From NCBI GenBank assembly GCA_050117845.1, contig JASFLY010000034.1, forward strand, positions 1-29,525: a stretch of 29,525 bases of DNA, given 5' to 3'. The notes beneath the pieces were generated by a model. It did not search any database and was not told where the DNA came from. It saw only the letters and a program-made list of their open reading frames with translations. The translations under genes were made by a program, and so were the position numbers. Source of the stretch: Candidatus Zixiibacteriota bacterium (lineage in GTDB: Bacteria; RBG-13-66-14; B26-G2; WVWN01). This document shows, piece after piece, positions 9,026 to 16,599 of the stretch. Position 1 is the stretch's first letter, and each line of letters opens with the position of its first letter.

Positions 9026-9859
9026 ATGCTCCTCCTCCGACGATATCTCCCGGCCCTTTGGGCCCTTCTTTGCGCCGCGGCACCCGCCGTCGGCTGGGGC
9101 GGCTCGGTCATCGCCAGTTTCAACGTCCCGGGCCTCTCCTCCAACGGCCCCCGCGGCCTCGCCGCCGACGGCGACGGCCTCTACGCCGTCGCGGACAACC
9201 GCGGCCCCAACCGCGTCCGCATTTTCGTCTTCAATTACGACGGCGAGAACGCCGGCATCGAACGCGAGTTCAACTGCCCCGCCGCCGTGTTCTGGGCCAT
9301 GGACCTCGCGTGGCGCCCGACCCCGGCCCGCCTTTACGTCGCCTCCGACCTTACCGCGTCCGGCCAGCCGGCCCGCATTTACGTCCTTAACGACGAGACC
9401 GGCGCCGTAACCAACCAATTCGACAGCCCCTTCGGCCCCGACGTTCACGTCAACGGCTTGACCTGGGACGGTTCCTACCTCTACGCTTCGTCTTACGACG
9501 TCGACCTCGTTTACCGCATGAACTACAAGGGCTCCGTCCTGGGTTCCTTCCGCGCCGACCACGCCGTAAATCACGGCCTGGCCGTTCACGGTTCGGCGTT
9601 ATGGCTCGTCTCCGGCCGGCCCCATTTCGACGCCCGCGCCTACTCCCCCACCGGCGGCTTCTTGACCGATTTCACCTTCGACGTTAACGACGAATACGTC
9701 GGCGGCGCCTGTTGGGGTCGCGACTCCTTCTTAAGCCTCTTCGTATCGACGTACACCGGCGAGCAGTACATCTACGAAATCAATACCGACCCCCGCGCGT
9801 ACGGCGGCATCGCCGTCGAGCCCACCTCCATGGGCCGCGTCAAAGCCCTTTTCCGTTAA
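9026..9859 (+). CDS. Secreted beta-propeller protein (NHL/glutaminyl-cyclase-like repeats) with C-terminal VEPTSMGRVKALF tail
   Basis: Signal peptide (RR plus hydrophobic core); repeats PRGLAADGDGLY, NGLTWDGSYLY, HGLAVHGSALW, G.V..SF. Confidence 0.8.
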   Translation: MLLLRRYLPALWALLCAAAPAVGWGGSVIASFNVPGLSSNGPRGLAADGDGLYAVADNRGPNRVRIFVFNYDGENAGIEREFNCPAAVFWAMDLAWRPTPARLYVASDLTASGQPARIYVLNDETGAVTNQFDSPFGPDVHVNGLTWDGSYLYASSYDVDLVYRMNYKGSVLGSFRADHAVNHGLAVHGSALWLVSGRPHFDARAYSPTGGFLTDFTFDVNDEYVGGACWGRDSFLSLFVSTYTGEQYIYEINTDPRAYGGIAVEPTSMGRVKALFR

Positions 9860-9862
9860 AAT

Positions 9863-9890
9863 AAAAAACCCGCGCCGCGACGGCGCGAGT
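9863..9890 (-). terminator. Intrinsic terminator for the minus-strand ABC/deacetylase operon (possibly bidirectional)
   Basis: cgcgccg-cga-cggcgcg hairpin (9871-9887) with an A6 tract on its left (U-tract on minus); lies between convergent genes. Confidence 0.7.
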
Positions 9891-9938
9891 CCATAATCAT
9901 TACTTGAGCCGGCATTGTTCCGGCCCGCCCTTCCCTTT

Positions 9939-10775
9939 TTATAGCGCCGCGAAATTTATCAGCTTGACGCCGCGCTCCTCGAGCTCCGCCCGGACTACCG
10001 CGGCCGTCAAAGCCGCCAGTTCGCCGCCGCGGTCGAACTTCCCGCCGGGAGCCTCCTCCGCCGGGTGGCAGAGCAGCTCCCACGTCCCCGCCCCCAGCTT
10101 CCCGATCAACGCGCGCAGCTTCGCCGCGTCGAGCGACCCCGCGTACTCTTGCCCTTCCAGGCCGTCGGGCATCTTCAAGCCCGCGCCCAGGGCCCGGGCG
10201 CCGAAGCCCTCCGCCCACAAACGCAGCACCACCTGCCGCCCCAGCCACCCCCGGCCCGGCGGCCATATCCGGCAACGGCAAAAACGGACCGCCCCAACGC
10301 CGAACCGCCGCGCCGCGTCCACCACCACCCCCGCGACACCCGGGAAGTTGTGCACGTGCCGGTGGCTGTCGAGGTGCGTCACCCTTACGCCGGCGTCCAC
10401 GACCCGCCCCACCTGCGCCTCGAGTTCCGCCGCCACGTCCGCCAGGGCTATAGCCCCTGAGAAGAAGCGGCCGGCGAAAGCGCCGATACCCGCCGGCAAA
10501 GACCCGTCCTCCGCCACCAGCGTCGGCGCCGCTGGCGGCGGGCATACCGCCGTCCCCGCCGCCAGCGTCAGGTGTACGCCCACGCCCAACTCCGGCAGTT
10601 CGTCCACCAACGTTAAAGCGTCGCCGAAGGCCGGTCCCCCGGCCATCAACGACGCCGACGTTACTATCCCCTCCCGGCACGCCCGCGCCACCCCCGCATT
10701 AATGGTTTCGCTTAAACCGAAATCGTCCGCGTTGACGATTAACCGCACCCGCGCCCGCTCTCCGTTCCCACTCAT
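9939..10775 (-). CDS. YdjC/ChbG/HpnK-family carbohydrate deacetylase
   Basis: LIVNADDFG, GIVTSASLM, GVHLTL, THLDSHRHVH, ELLCHP; ATG at 10775 is coupled (TGATG) to the permease stop. Confidence 0.92.
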   Translation of the reverse strand: MSGNGERARVRLIVNADDFGLSETINAGVARACREGIVTSASLMAGGPAFGDALTLVDELPELGVGVHLTLAAGTAVCPPPAAPTLVAEDGSLPAGIGAFAGRFFSGAIALADVAAELEAQVGRVVDAGVRVTHLDSHRHVHNFPGVAGVVVDAARRFGVGAVRFCRCRIWPPGRGWLGRQVVLRLWAEGFGARALGAGLKMPDGLEGQEYAGSLDAAKLRALIGKLGAGTWELLCHPAEEAPGGKFDRGGELAALTAAVVRAELEERGVKLINFAAL

Positions 10776-11593
10776 CAATATTGGCTGAGCGACCCGTCCC
10801 GTTTCGCCCGCCACATGGCCCACCGGAAGCTGAGCGCCCCTACCCCGAGCGACGCCGCCGCGAAGATGCCCAGTATAGCGAACGCCTTCCCGTACGACGG
10901 CCCCGCCCCGGCCGTACCGAGCAGAGCCGACCGCCCGACGTCGAGCGCGTACGTCAACGGGATGAATTCACCCACGCGCCGCAGCCACGACGGCAGGACC
11001 TCGACCGGGAAGAAAACCCCCGAGAGAAGGGCCGCCAACTGCCCGAAAAACAAGTTCACCGGATTGCCCTGCTTGAAGACGAGCGCGAACGCCGCCGACA
11101 GCATACCCAGGCCGAAGTAGGCGGCGACGGTCAAAGCCGTCACGCCCAGAAACGCCGGAACGCCGGCCGCCCGGAACGATACCCCGAAGATAATCGCCGC
11201 CGCGACGAGGTAGGCCAACAGCCGGCCGCCCGACACCAGGTAGCGCGACAGCGAGGCCGCCGCCAACACGCGGAACGCGCCGCCCCGCCGCCCCAAGAGC
11301 GGCTCGAGCGTCCCGAGGTACTGCTCGTTCGCGATTACCTGCGAAAGGCCCCCCAGGCCCGCGCCCGCCAGGCTCTGCATAGCCAGCCCTATAACGACGA
11401 ACGGAAAGTATTCGCCGCCGTAGCGCTCCAGGTAGCCCGAGCCCAACCCCGAGAAGACCCGGCCCACGAAGAAGAATATCAACAGGTAAAAAAGAAGCGA
11501 CGCCAGCCCCATCAGAAAAGAGAGCCGGTACGACGCCAGGTTGTATAAATCCCGCCGCACGAAGGCCAGCCATATCCGAACGAAGCTAAGCAT
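10775..11593 (-). CDS. ABC-2 type exporter permease
   Basis: About six TM segments, EQYLGTLEPLL, LLSGVFFPVEVLPSWL, PLTY..D..R. Confidence 0.92.
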   Translation of the reverse strand: MLSFVRIWLAFVRRDLYNLASYRLSFLMGLASLLFYLLIFFFVGRVFSGLGSGYLERYGGEYFPFVVIGLAMQSLAGAGLGGLSQVIANEQYLGTLEPLLGRRGGAFRVLAAASLSRYLVSGGRLLAYLVAAAIIFGVSFRAAGVPAFLGVTALTVAAYFGLGMLSAAFALVFKQGNPVNLFFGQLAALLSGVFFPVEVLPSWLRRVGEFIPLTYALDVGRSALLGTAGAGPSYGKAFAILGIFAAASLGVGALSFRWAMWRAKRDGSLSQY

Positions 11594-12536
11594 CCGGATC
11601 CGCCCCCACCAGCGTCAGGTACGCCCGCTCCGCCACTTCGGCCACCCGTATCGCCGGCTCCGCCCCGGCCTCTTCCAGGACGCGGAACGCCGCGGCCAGC
11701 GCTTCCGGGTCCGCCGGTTCGTCGAACTGCACCAGCGCCGGCCCCGCCGGCCCCGCCGTAATTTCGACGTTCGCCGCGTACTCGCGGAGCGCCCGGGCGA
11801 CCCCCTCGGCCTCGCCCGCCAACCGCGCGCCGTAGCGCGCCGCCGGGGCGCCCAGGATCTCCCGCGGCGGCCCCGCCGCCACCACCTTCCCCCGCACCAG
11901 GACGACCACCCGGTCCGCGAGCGCCCGCGCCAGCCACAGTTGATGTGTCGCGACGAGGGCCCCCCGCCCCTCGGCGCCGACGAGTTCGTCCCGGACGAAA
12001 CGCCCCAACGCGAGCGTCCCCGGGTAATCGAGCTCTCCCGCCAATTCGTCCACCAGCAATAAATCCGGCTCGTTTAAAAGCGCCCGGGCGAACGCCAGCC
12101 GCTGGCGCATTCCGGCCGAATAGTTGCGTACCGGCTCCCCCGCCCGTTCCGTCAGGCCGACGCGCTCGAGAGCGCCCGCGACCCGGGGCCCGACTTCCCG
12201 GGCCGGAAGGCCGAAGAGCACGGCGAAGAAGCGCAGGTTCTCCGTCCCCGACAGCCGCCAGTAGAAGCTCCGCTCGCCTCCGGCGACGAAACCCACCGAC
12301 GCCGCGGCCACGCGTACGGCTCCTTCGTCCGGCACGACCGAGCCTGCCGCGATTTTCAATAAGGTCGACTTACCCGCGCCGTTGGGGCCGAGCAGGCACA
12401 CCACCTCGCCGGCCTTAACGTCGAGGTCGACGCAGTCGAGCGCGACCACCCGAGGCCGTCTTACCCACGGTTTCAACAGCGAAACCGGCCGCCGGAAGAC
12501 CTTTCGCACGCCTTTTATCTCGAGTAACGATTCCAT
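11586..12536 (-). CDS. ABC transporter ATP-binding protein
   Basis: Walker A GPNGAGKST, signature YSAGMRQR, Walker B LLLVDE, H-loop ATH; start at 12536 inferred from promoter position. Confidence 0.92.
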   Translation of the reverse strand: MESLLEIKGVRKVFRRPVSLLKPWVRRPRVVALDCVDLDVKAGEVVCLLGPNGAGKSTLLKIAAGSVVPDEGAVRVAAASVGFVAGGERSFYWRLSGTENLRFFAVLFGLPAREVGPRVAGALERVGLTERAGEPVRNYSAGMRQRLAFARALLNEPDLLLVDELAGELDYPGTLALGRFVRDELVGAEGRGALVATHQLWLARALADRVVVLVRGKVVAAGPPREILGAPAARYGARLAGEAEGVARALREYAANVEITAGPAGPALVQFDEPADPEALAAAFRVLEEAGAEPAIRVAEVAERAYLTLVGADPDA

Positions 12537-12561
12537 ATTATTAACTGCGGGCTCGCCCATC

Positions 12562-12590
12562 AGAATAACACGTCCCCGGTCGCCGGTCAA
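12562..12590 (-). promoter_or_regulatory. Putative promoter of the ABC/deacetylase operon
   Basis: Minus strand TTGACC, 17-bp spacer, TATTCT. Confidence 0.55.
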
Positions 12591-12631
12591 ACCCCCGCTC
12601 AATACCGCCGGGCCGCCTTTTCATTTTTCGC

Positions 12632-12659
12632 TTGCATTCCCGACGGTTTATGCTATATT
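12632..12659 (+). promoter_or_regulatory. Putative distal dnaA promoter
   Basis: TTGCAT, 16-bp spacer ending TGc, TATATT. Confidence 0.45.
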
Positions 12660-12688
12660 ACCCGGCGTCGTAAGTCCCTGATTTTACT

Positions 12689-13074
12689 TGTTGATAACGT
12701 GTTAATAAGTATTCGCCCGTTCCGGCTTTTTAGTCTACTTTTAGGGCTCTCCACTCCTCCGTACGACGCACCTGCCCCTTTTGTGGGCAGGGCTTTTTAA
12801 CCGCCCGCGTTAGTACTTCCTACCGGGCATGGGTCGAAACGCCTTTTCTTACAGTAATTTACGCGATACTAAATAACGTCCCTTATGATACCGCCTGCTT
12901 TTATATCGCTTAAACGCGGCCATTTTGCCGACTTGCCTTCGTTTACCGGCCGTCGCGCCCCCGCTACGAAAGGCCATCCCGACCCGTCAACTTGCACCGA
13001 AATGATTGTGGAAAACCCAGGTATATTTGCGCTCCCCCGCCGGGAACGTCGGCGGCCGGGCGCCTTTTTCCACG
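12689..13074. promoter_or_regulatory. DnaA-box-containing region upstream of dnaA (autoregulation or left half of a bipartite origin)
   Basis: TGTTGATAA (12689-12697), TGTTAATAA (12700-12708), TGTGGAAAA (13007-13015; matches TTWTNCACA on minus), TTTTCCACG (13066-13074). Confidence 0.55.
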
Positions 13075-13089
13075 CTTTAACGGGGGGTG

Positions 13090-14454
13090 ATGGTTACGGT
13101 TACCGAAACTAAAATCTGGCGGGAGATTTACCGTAATTTATCGGATGAGCTGGGCCGCAAGGAGTGCGAGACCTGGCTCCGGCCGGCCGTATGTACCGCC
13201 ATCGACGCCAACGTCCTGCACCTCGAGGTTCCCAACAACCTTTACCGCGAGTTCATCCGCGACAAATATCTCGCCCTAATAGAAAGCAAAGCCCGCGAAG
13301 TCCTCGGCCACGACGCCGAAATCGAAATCGAGGCCGCCGTGGGCCAGGAGGGCCTTTTCCTCGGCGACACCGTCCCTGACGAGGCCCCGGCGAAATATCC
13401 GGCCCCCAAGGCATCAAAACTCAATCCCCTCTATACCTTCGACATGTTCGTCGTGGGCCGTTCGAACTCCTTTTGCCACGCCGCCAGCCGCGCCGTGGCC
13501 CAGAACCCCGGCGCCCGCTACAACCCCCTTTTCATCTACGGCGGCGTCGGCCTCGGCAAAACCCACCTCCTCCACGCCATCGGCCACGAAACCATAGGCC
13601 GCGGCAACGGCATCCGCATCTCTTACCTCTCCTGCGACCATTTCATGAACGAGATGATCGCCGCCGTCAAAAATAACCGCACCGACGCCTTCCGCCGCAA
13701 ATACCGGAACGTCGATTTCCTTCTCGTCGACGACATCCAATTCCTCGCCGGTATGGAAGGTACCCAGGTCGAGTTCTTCCACACCTTCAACGCGCTGTAC
13801 GAAGCCGGCAGCCAGATAGTCCTCTCAAGCGACCGCGCCCCCAAGGACATCCCCCAGGTCGAGGACCGCCTCCGGACCCGCTTCGAGTGGGGCCTCATCG
13901 CCGACATCCAACCGCCGGACTACGAAACCCGCCGCGCCATCATCGCCCGCAAGGCCGAACTCAAACGCGTCGAAATATCCGACGAGGTCGCCGACCTCAT
14001 CTCCTCTCGCCTGACTACCAACATCCGCGCCATCGAGGGCGTACTCAACCGCCTCTTCGCCACCGCCCTTCACACCCGCACGCCGGTATCCATGGCCCTC
14101 GCCCACGACATCCTCAACGAAATCGTACCCGAGGAGCGCCGCGTCAGCCTCTCCATCGACCAGCTCCAGGAAGTCACCGCCAAATACTTCAACCTCACCC
14201 GCCGCGACCTCATCTCCAAGTCCCGCCGCGCCAACATCGCCCGGGCCCGCCAGATGGCCATGTACCTCTGCCGCGAGAAAACATCCTCCTCTCTCGCCGA
14301 CATCGGCCTCGCCTTCGGCAACCGCGATCACACCACCGTCTTATATTCCATATCCAAAATCGAAGCCGAGATCACGGCCAAGGACAACGAAATCCTCAAA
14401 ATCGTCGCCGATATCGAGAAAAACATCGACCGCCTCGCCCCGGCCGCCGCGTAA
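13090..14454 (+). CDS. dnaA: Chromosomal replication initiator protein DnaA
   Basis: LNPLYTFDMFVVG, YNPLFIYGGVGLGKTHLL, LLVDDIQF, EFFHTFN, RFEWGL, ARQMAMYL, RDHTTVLY. Confidence 0.98.
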   Translation: MVTVTETKIWREIYRNLSDELGRKECETWLRPAVCTAIDANVLHLEVPNNLYREFIRDKYLALIESKAREVLGHDAEIEIEAAVGQEGLFLGDTVPDEAPAKYPAPKASKLNPLYTFDMFVVGRSNSFCHAASRAVAQNPGARYNPLFIYGGVGLGKTHLLHAIGHETIGRGNGIRISYLSCDHFMNEMIAAVKNNRTDAFRRKYRNVDFLLVDDIQFLAGMEGTQVEFFHTFNALYEAGSQIVLSSDRAPKDIPQVEDRLRTRFEWGLIADIQPPDYETRRAIIARKAELKRVEISDEVADLISSRLTTNIRAIEGVLNRLFATALHTRTPVSMALAHDILNEIVPEERRVSLSIDQLQEVTAKYFNLTRRDLISKSRRANIARARQMAMYLCREKTSSSLADIGLAFGNRDHTTVLYSISKIEAEITAKDNEILKIVADIEKNIDRLAPAAA

Positions 14455-14772
14455 CTCTTTTCCCGAAACTCGTGGATAACTCCCCCCGCCTTTGTTTGAC
14501 GCCCCGTTCTCCGCATTCTACCCCCGTTTATCTACATATAAATCACCGCTTTCTCCCAAAGGCTTTCTCCATACGTTTAAAACCGTTTTCAACTTTTCAA
14601 CCCTCCCTCCGTCCAATATCCGCGAGCTTCCTCCGCGACTCCCGAAAATTTAACAGGTCTTTTTTCGGTGTTATCCCCAACGAGCTAAGTTTTTCCTTGA
14701 AACATACCCAATATAAAGCTATATAATGTAATGTTCTATAGATAATAATACAGGCTTAAGATGTGAAAAAGA
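14455..14772. other. Candidate oriC (DnaA boxes plus AT-rich unwinding element)
   Basis: Boxes CGTGGATAA (14471-14479), TTATCTACA (14528-14536), TTATCCCCA (14671-14679), TGTGAAAAA (14762-14770). Very AT-rich stretch at 14697-14750. Confidence 0.7.
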
Positions 14773-14844
14773 TGGGGCGTCGGCAAGCGGTAAGCCACGG
14801 GTCTTTGGAACCCGCATGCGGTGGTTCGAATCCACCCGCCCCAG
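14773..14844 (+). tRNA. tRNA-Gln (anticodon TTG)
   Basis: Acceptor TGGGGCG/CGCCCCA, anticodon arm CGGGT-ctTTGga-ACCCG, T arm GGTGG-TTCGAAT-CCACC; CCA end not encoded. Confidence 0.96.
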
Positions 14845-14893
14845 ATACTAACCAACTCCGTACTTTACCTTAGCTCCCACGCCGGTGGTGTCG

Positions 14894-15868
14894 ATGGATC
14901 ACGAGAGGTTGATTTTCGCCGGGACCGGCAATCCGGATTTTGCATTCGCGGTTGCCGATTCCCTGGGCGAAGGGTTAGGCCGGATGTCCGTGCAACGTTT
15001 CCCGGACGGCGAAGTCTCGGTAAAGATAGAGGTTAACGTTAGGGGAAGGGATTGCTTCGTCGTTCAACCGGCCTGCCCCCCGGTTAACGACAACCTAATG
15101 GAGTTGTTAATCATTTTGGACGCTCTGAAGCGGGCGTCCACGTACCGTATTACCGCCGTCGTTCCGTATTACGGTTACGCCCGGCAGGACCGCAAGGATC
15201 AGCCGCGCGTCCCCATAACGGCGAAACTCGTCGCCGACCTCCTTACCCGGGCCGGCGCGGACCGCGTACTAACGATGGACCTGCACGCGGGGCAGATTCA
15301 GGGTTTCTTCGACATACCCGTGGACAACCTTACCGCGGCTCCCATCTTCGCGAAGGCGGTTATGGCGCTCGGGTTCGACGAAGTCGTGGTGGCGTCGCCG
15401 GACGTGGGCGGCGTCAAGAACGCCCGCTCTTTCGCCCGCCGCCTGGAGAGGATGCGGCGCGAGAGTGGCGCTGGCGATAAAGTCGATTTCGCGATCGTCG
15501 ACAAGCATCGCAAGGGGCCCGACGAGGTGGCGGCCTTGAGCATAATCGGCGACGTTAACGGGAAGAGCGTCGTTATAATCGACGATATAATCGCCACCGG
15601 CGGGTCGCTGGTCGAGGCCGCGTCCTTGCTGCTCGACAAGGGTGCCAAGGAAGTCGTCGCCGTGATAACGCATCCCATACTCGCCGGGGAGGCCGTGCAA
15701 AAGGTCGAGGGTGGTCGGTTGACGTCGCTTTTCGTAACCGACACTGTCCCCCTCGTGGACGGCGTGGCGGGGAAGATTAAAGTTTGTTCGGTCGCGGGCC
15801 TTTTCGGCGCCGCGATAGACGCCATTCACCGCAACCGCTCCATAAGCAGGTTGTTCGACGGCGGTTAA
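14894..15868 (+). CDS. prs: Ribose-phosphate pyrophosphokinase
   Basis: FPDGE, NDNLMEL, PYYGYARQDRK, MDLHAGQIQGFF, SPDVGG, IIDDIIATGGS; tRNA-Gln-prs synteny. Confidence 0.97.
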   Translation: MDHERLIFAGTGNPDFAFAVADSLGEGLGRMSVQRFPDGEVSVKIEVNVRGRDCFVVQPACPPVNDNLMELLIILDALKRASTYRITAVVPYYGYARQDRKDQPRVPITAKLVADLLTRAGADRVLTMDLHAGQIQGFFDIPVDNLTAAPIFAKAVMALGFDEVVVASPDVGGVKNARSFARRLERMRRESGAGDKVDFAIVDKHRKGPDEVAALSIIGDVNGKSVVIIDDIIATGGSLVEAASLLLDKGAKEVVAVITHPILAGEAVQKVEGGRLTSLFVTDTVPLVDGVAGKIKVCSVAGLFGAAIDAIHRNRSISRLFDGG

Positions 15869-15869
15869 A

Positions 15870-16523
15870 ATGATGATGCGTTACGTTTTCCGGATTACGC
15901 TGGTCCTGGGTTTACTTTCGGCGGCGGCGGTTGCTACAGCCGCGGCCGAGGAGAGGAAACCGCCGCAGGACATCGATTACCTAATCGACCTGTTGAAGAG
16001 TAAGGACGTCACGGAGCGCCGCGATACCGCCCGAACGCTGGGGGTCATGGGATTCGACGTCGCGACGCCCGGCCTTATCGAAGCCCTGGACGACGACGAC
16101 GCCAAGGTTCAGCTCCTCGCGGCCGAGGCGTTGGGGAAGATAGGGGACAAGCGTGCCGTGGACCCGCTCATCGCGAAGCTGCCTTACGCGGAGAGTGGCG
16201 TGAAACGTTTCATCCTCGGCGCGCTGGGGCAATTGGGTGACGCGCAGGCGCTCGAGCCCATGCTCGATTCGCTGGCGAACGACTCCGAGCCGGACGTGCG
16301 CGCGAGCGCGGCGTACGGCCTGGGCGAGCTGGGCGACGCCGGGGCGGTGGACCCTCTGGTCGCGGCCCTCGGGGACGACTACAAGTGGGTTCGGTACGAG
16401 GCCTGCGGGGCGCTTCGGAAGTTGAAGGCCGCAGGCGCCCGCAGCGCGCTCGAGCGCGTGGCCGAGGGCGATCCGGATAAGCAGGTACGCTCCGCGGCGA
16501 AGAAGGCGCTGGATTCTATCTAA
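15870..16523 (+). CDS. HEAT/PBS-lyase repeat protein with N-terminal signal peptide
   Basis: About five repeats of L.D.D..VR..AA.ALG.LGD..AV.PL; hydrophobic N-terminus ending in an Ala-rich cleavage site. Confidence 0.88.
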   Translation: MMMRYVFRITLVLGLLSAAAVATAAAEERKPPQDIDYLIDLLKSKDVTERRDTARTLGVMGFDVATPGLIEALDDDDAKVQLLAAEALGKIGDKRAVDPLIAKLPYAESGVKRFILGALGQLGDAQALEPMLDSLANDSEPDVRASAAYGLGELGDAGAVDPLVAALGDDYKWVRYEACGALRKLKAAGARSALERVAEGDPDKQVRSAAKKALDSI

Positions 16524-16548
16524 CTGGGATTGACACAAAAGGCAAGCG

Positions 16549-16578
16549 AAAAAATACCGCCCGAGAGGGCGGTTTTTT
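16549..16578. terminator. Bidirectional intrinsic terminator
   Basis: A-tract, accgccc-gaga-gggcggt, T-tract; between convergent genes. Confidence 0.88.
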
Positions 16579-16599
16579 ATTACCTGGAACATATAAGGT

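Noticed and set aside
12603..13086. rpmH (L34) divergent from dnaA, or the 75-aa ORF 12885-13112
   Set aside because: No MKRT.QP-like frame seen; only a 24-aa basic minus-strand ORF without support. The region reads as regulatory DNA.
14773..14844. tRNA as integration site of a genomic island
   Set aside because: No integrase and no duplicated tRNA 3' end seen in the window; prs follows directly.
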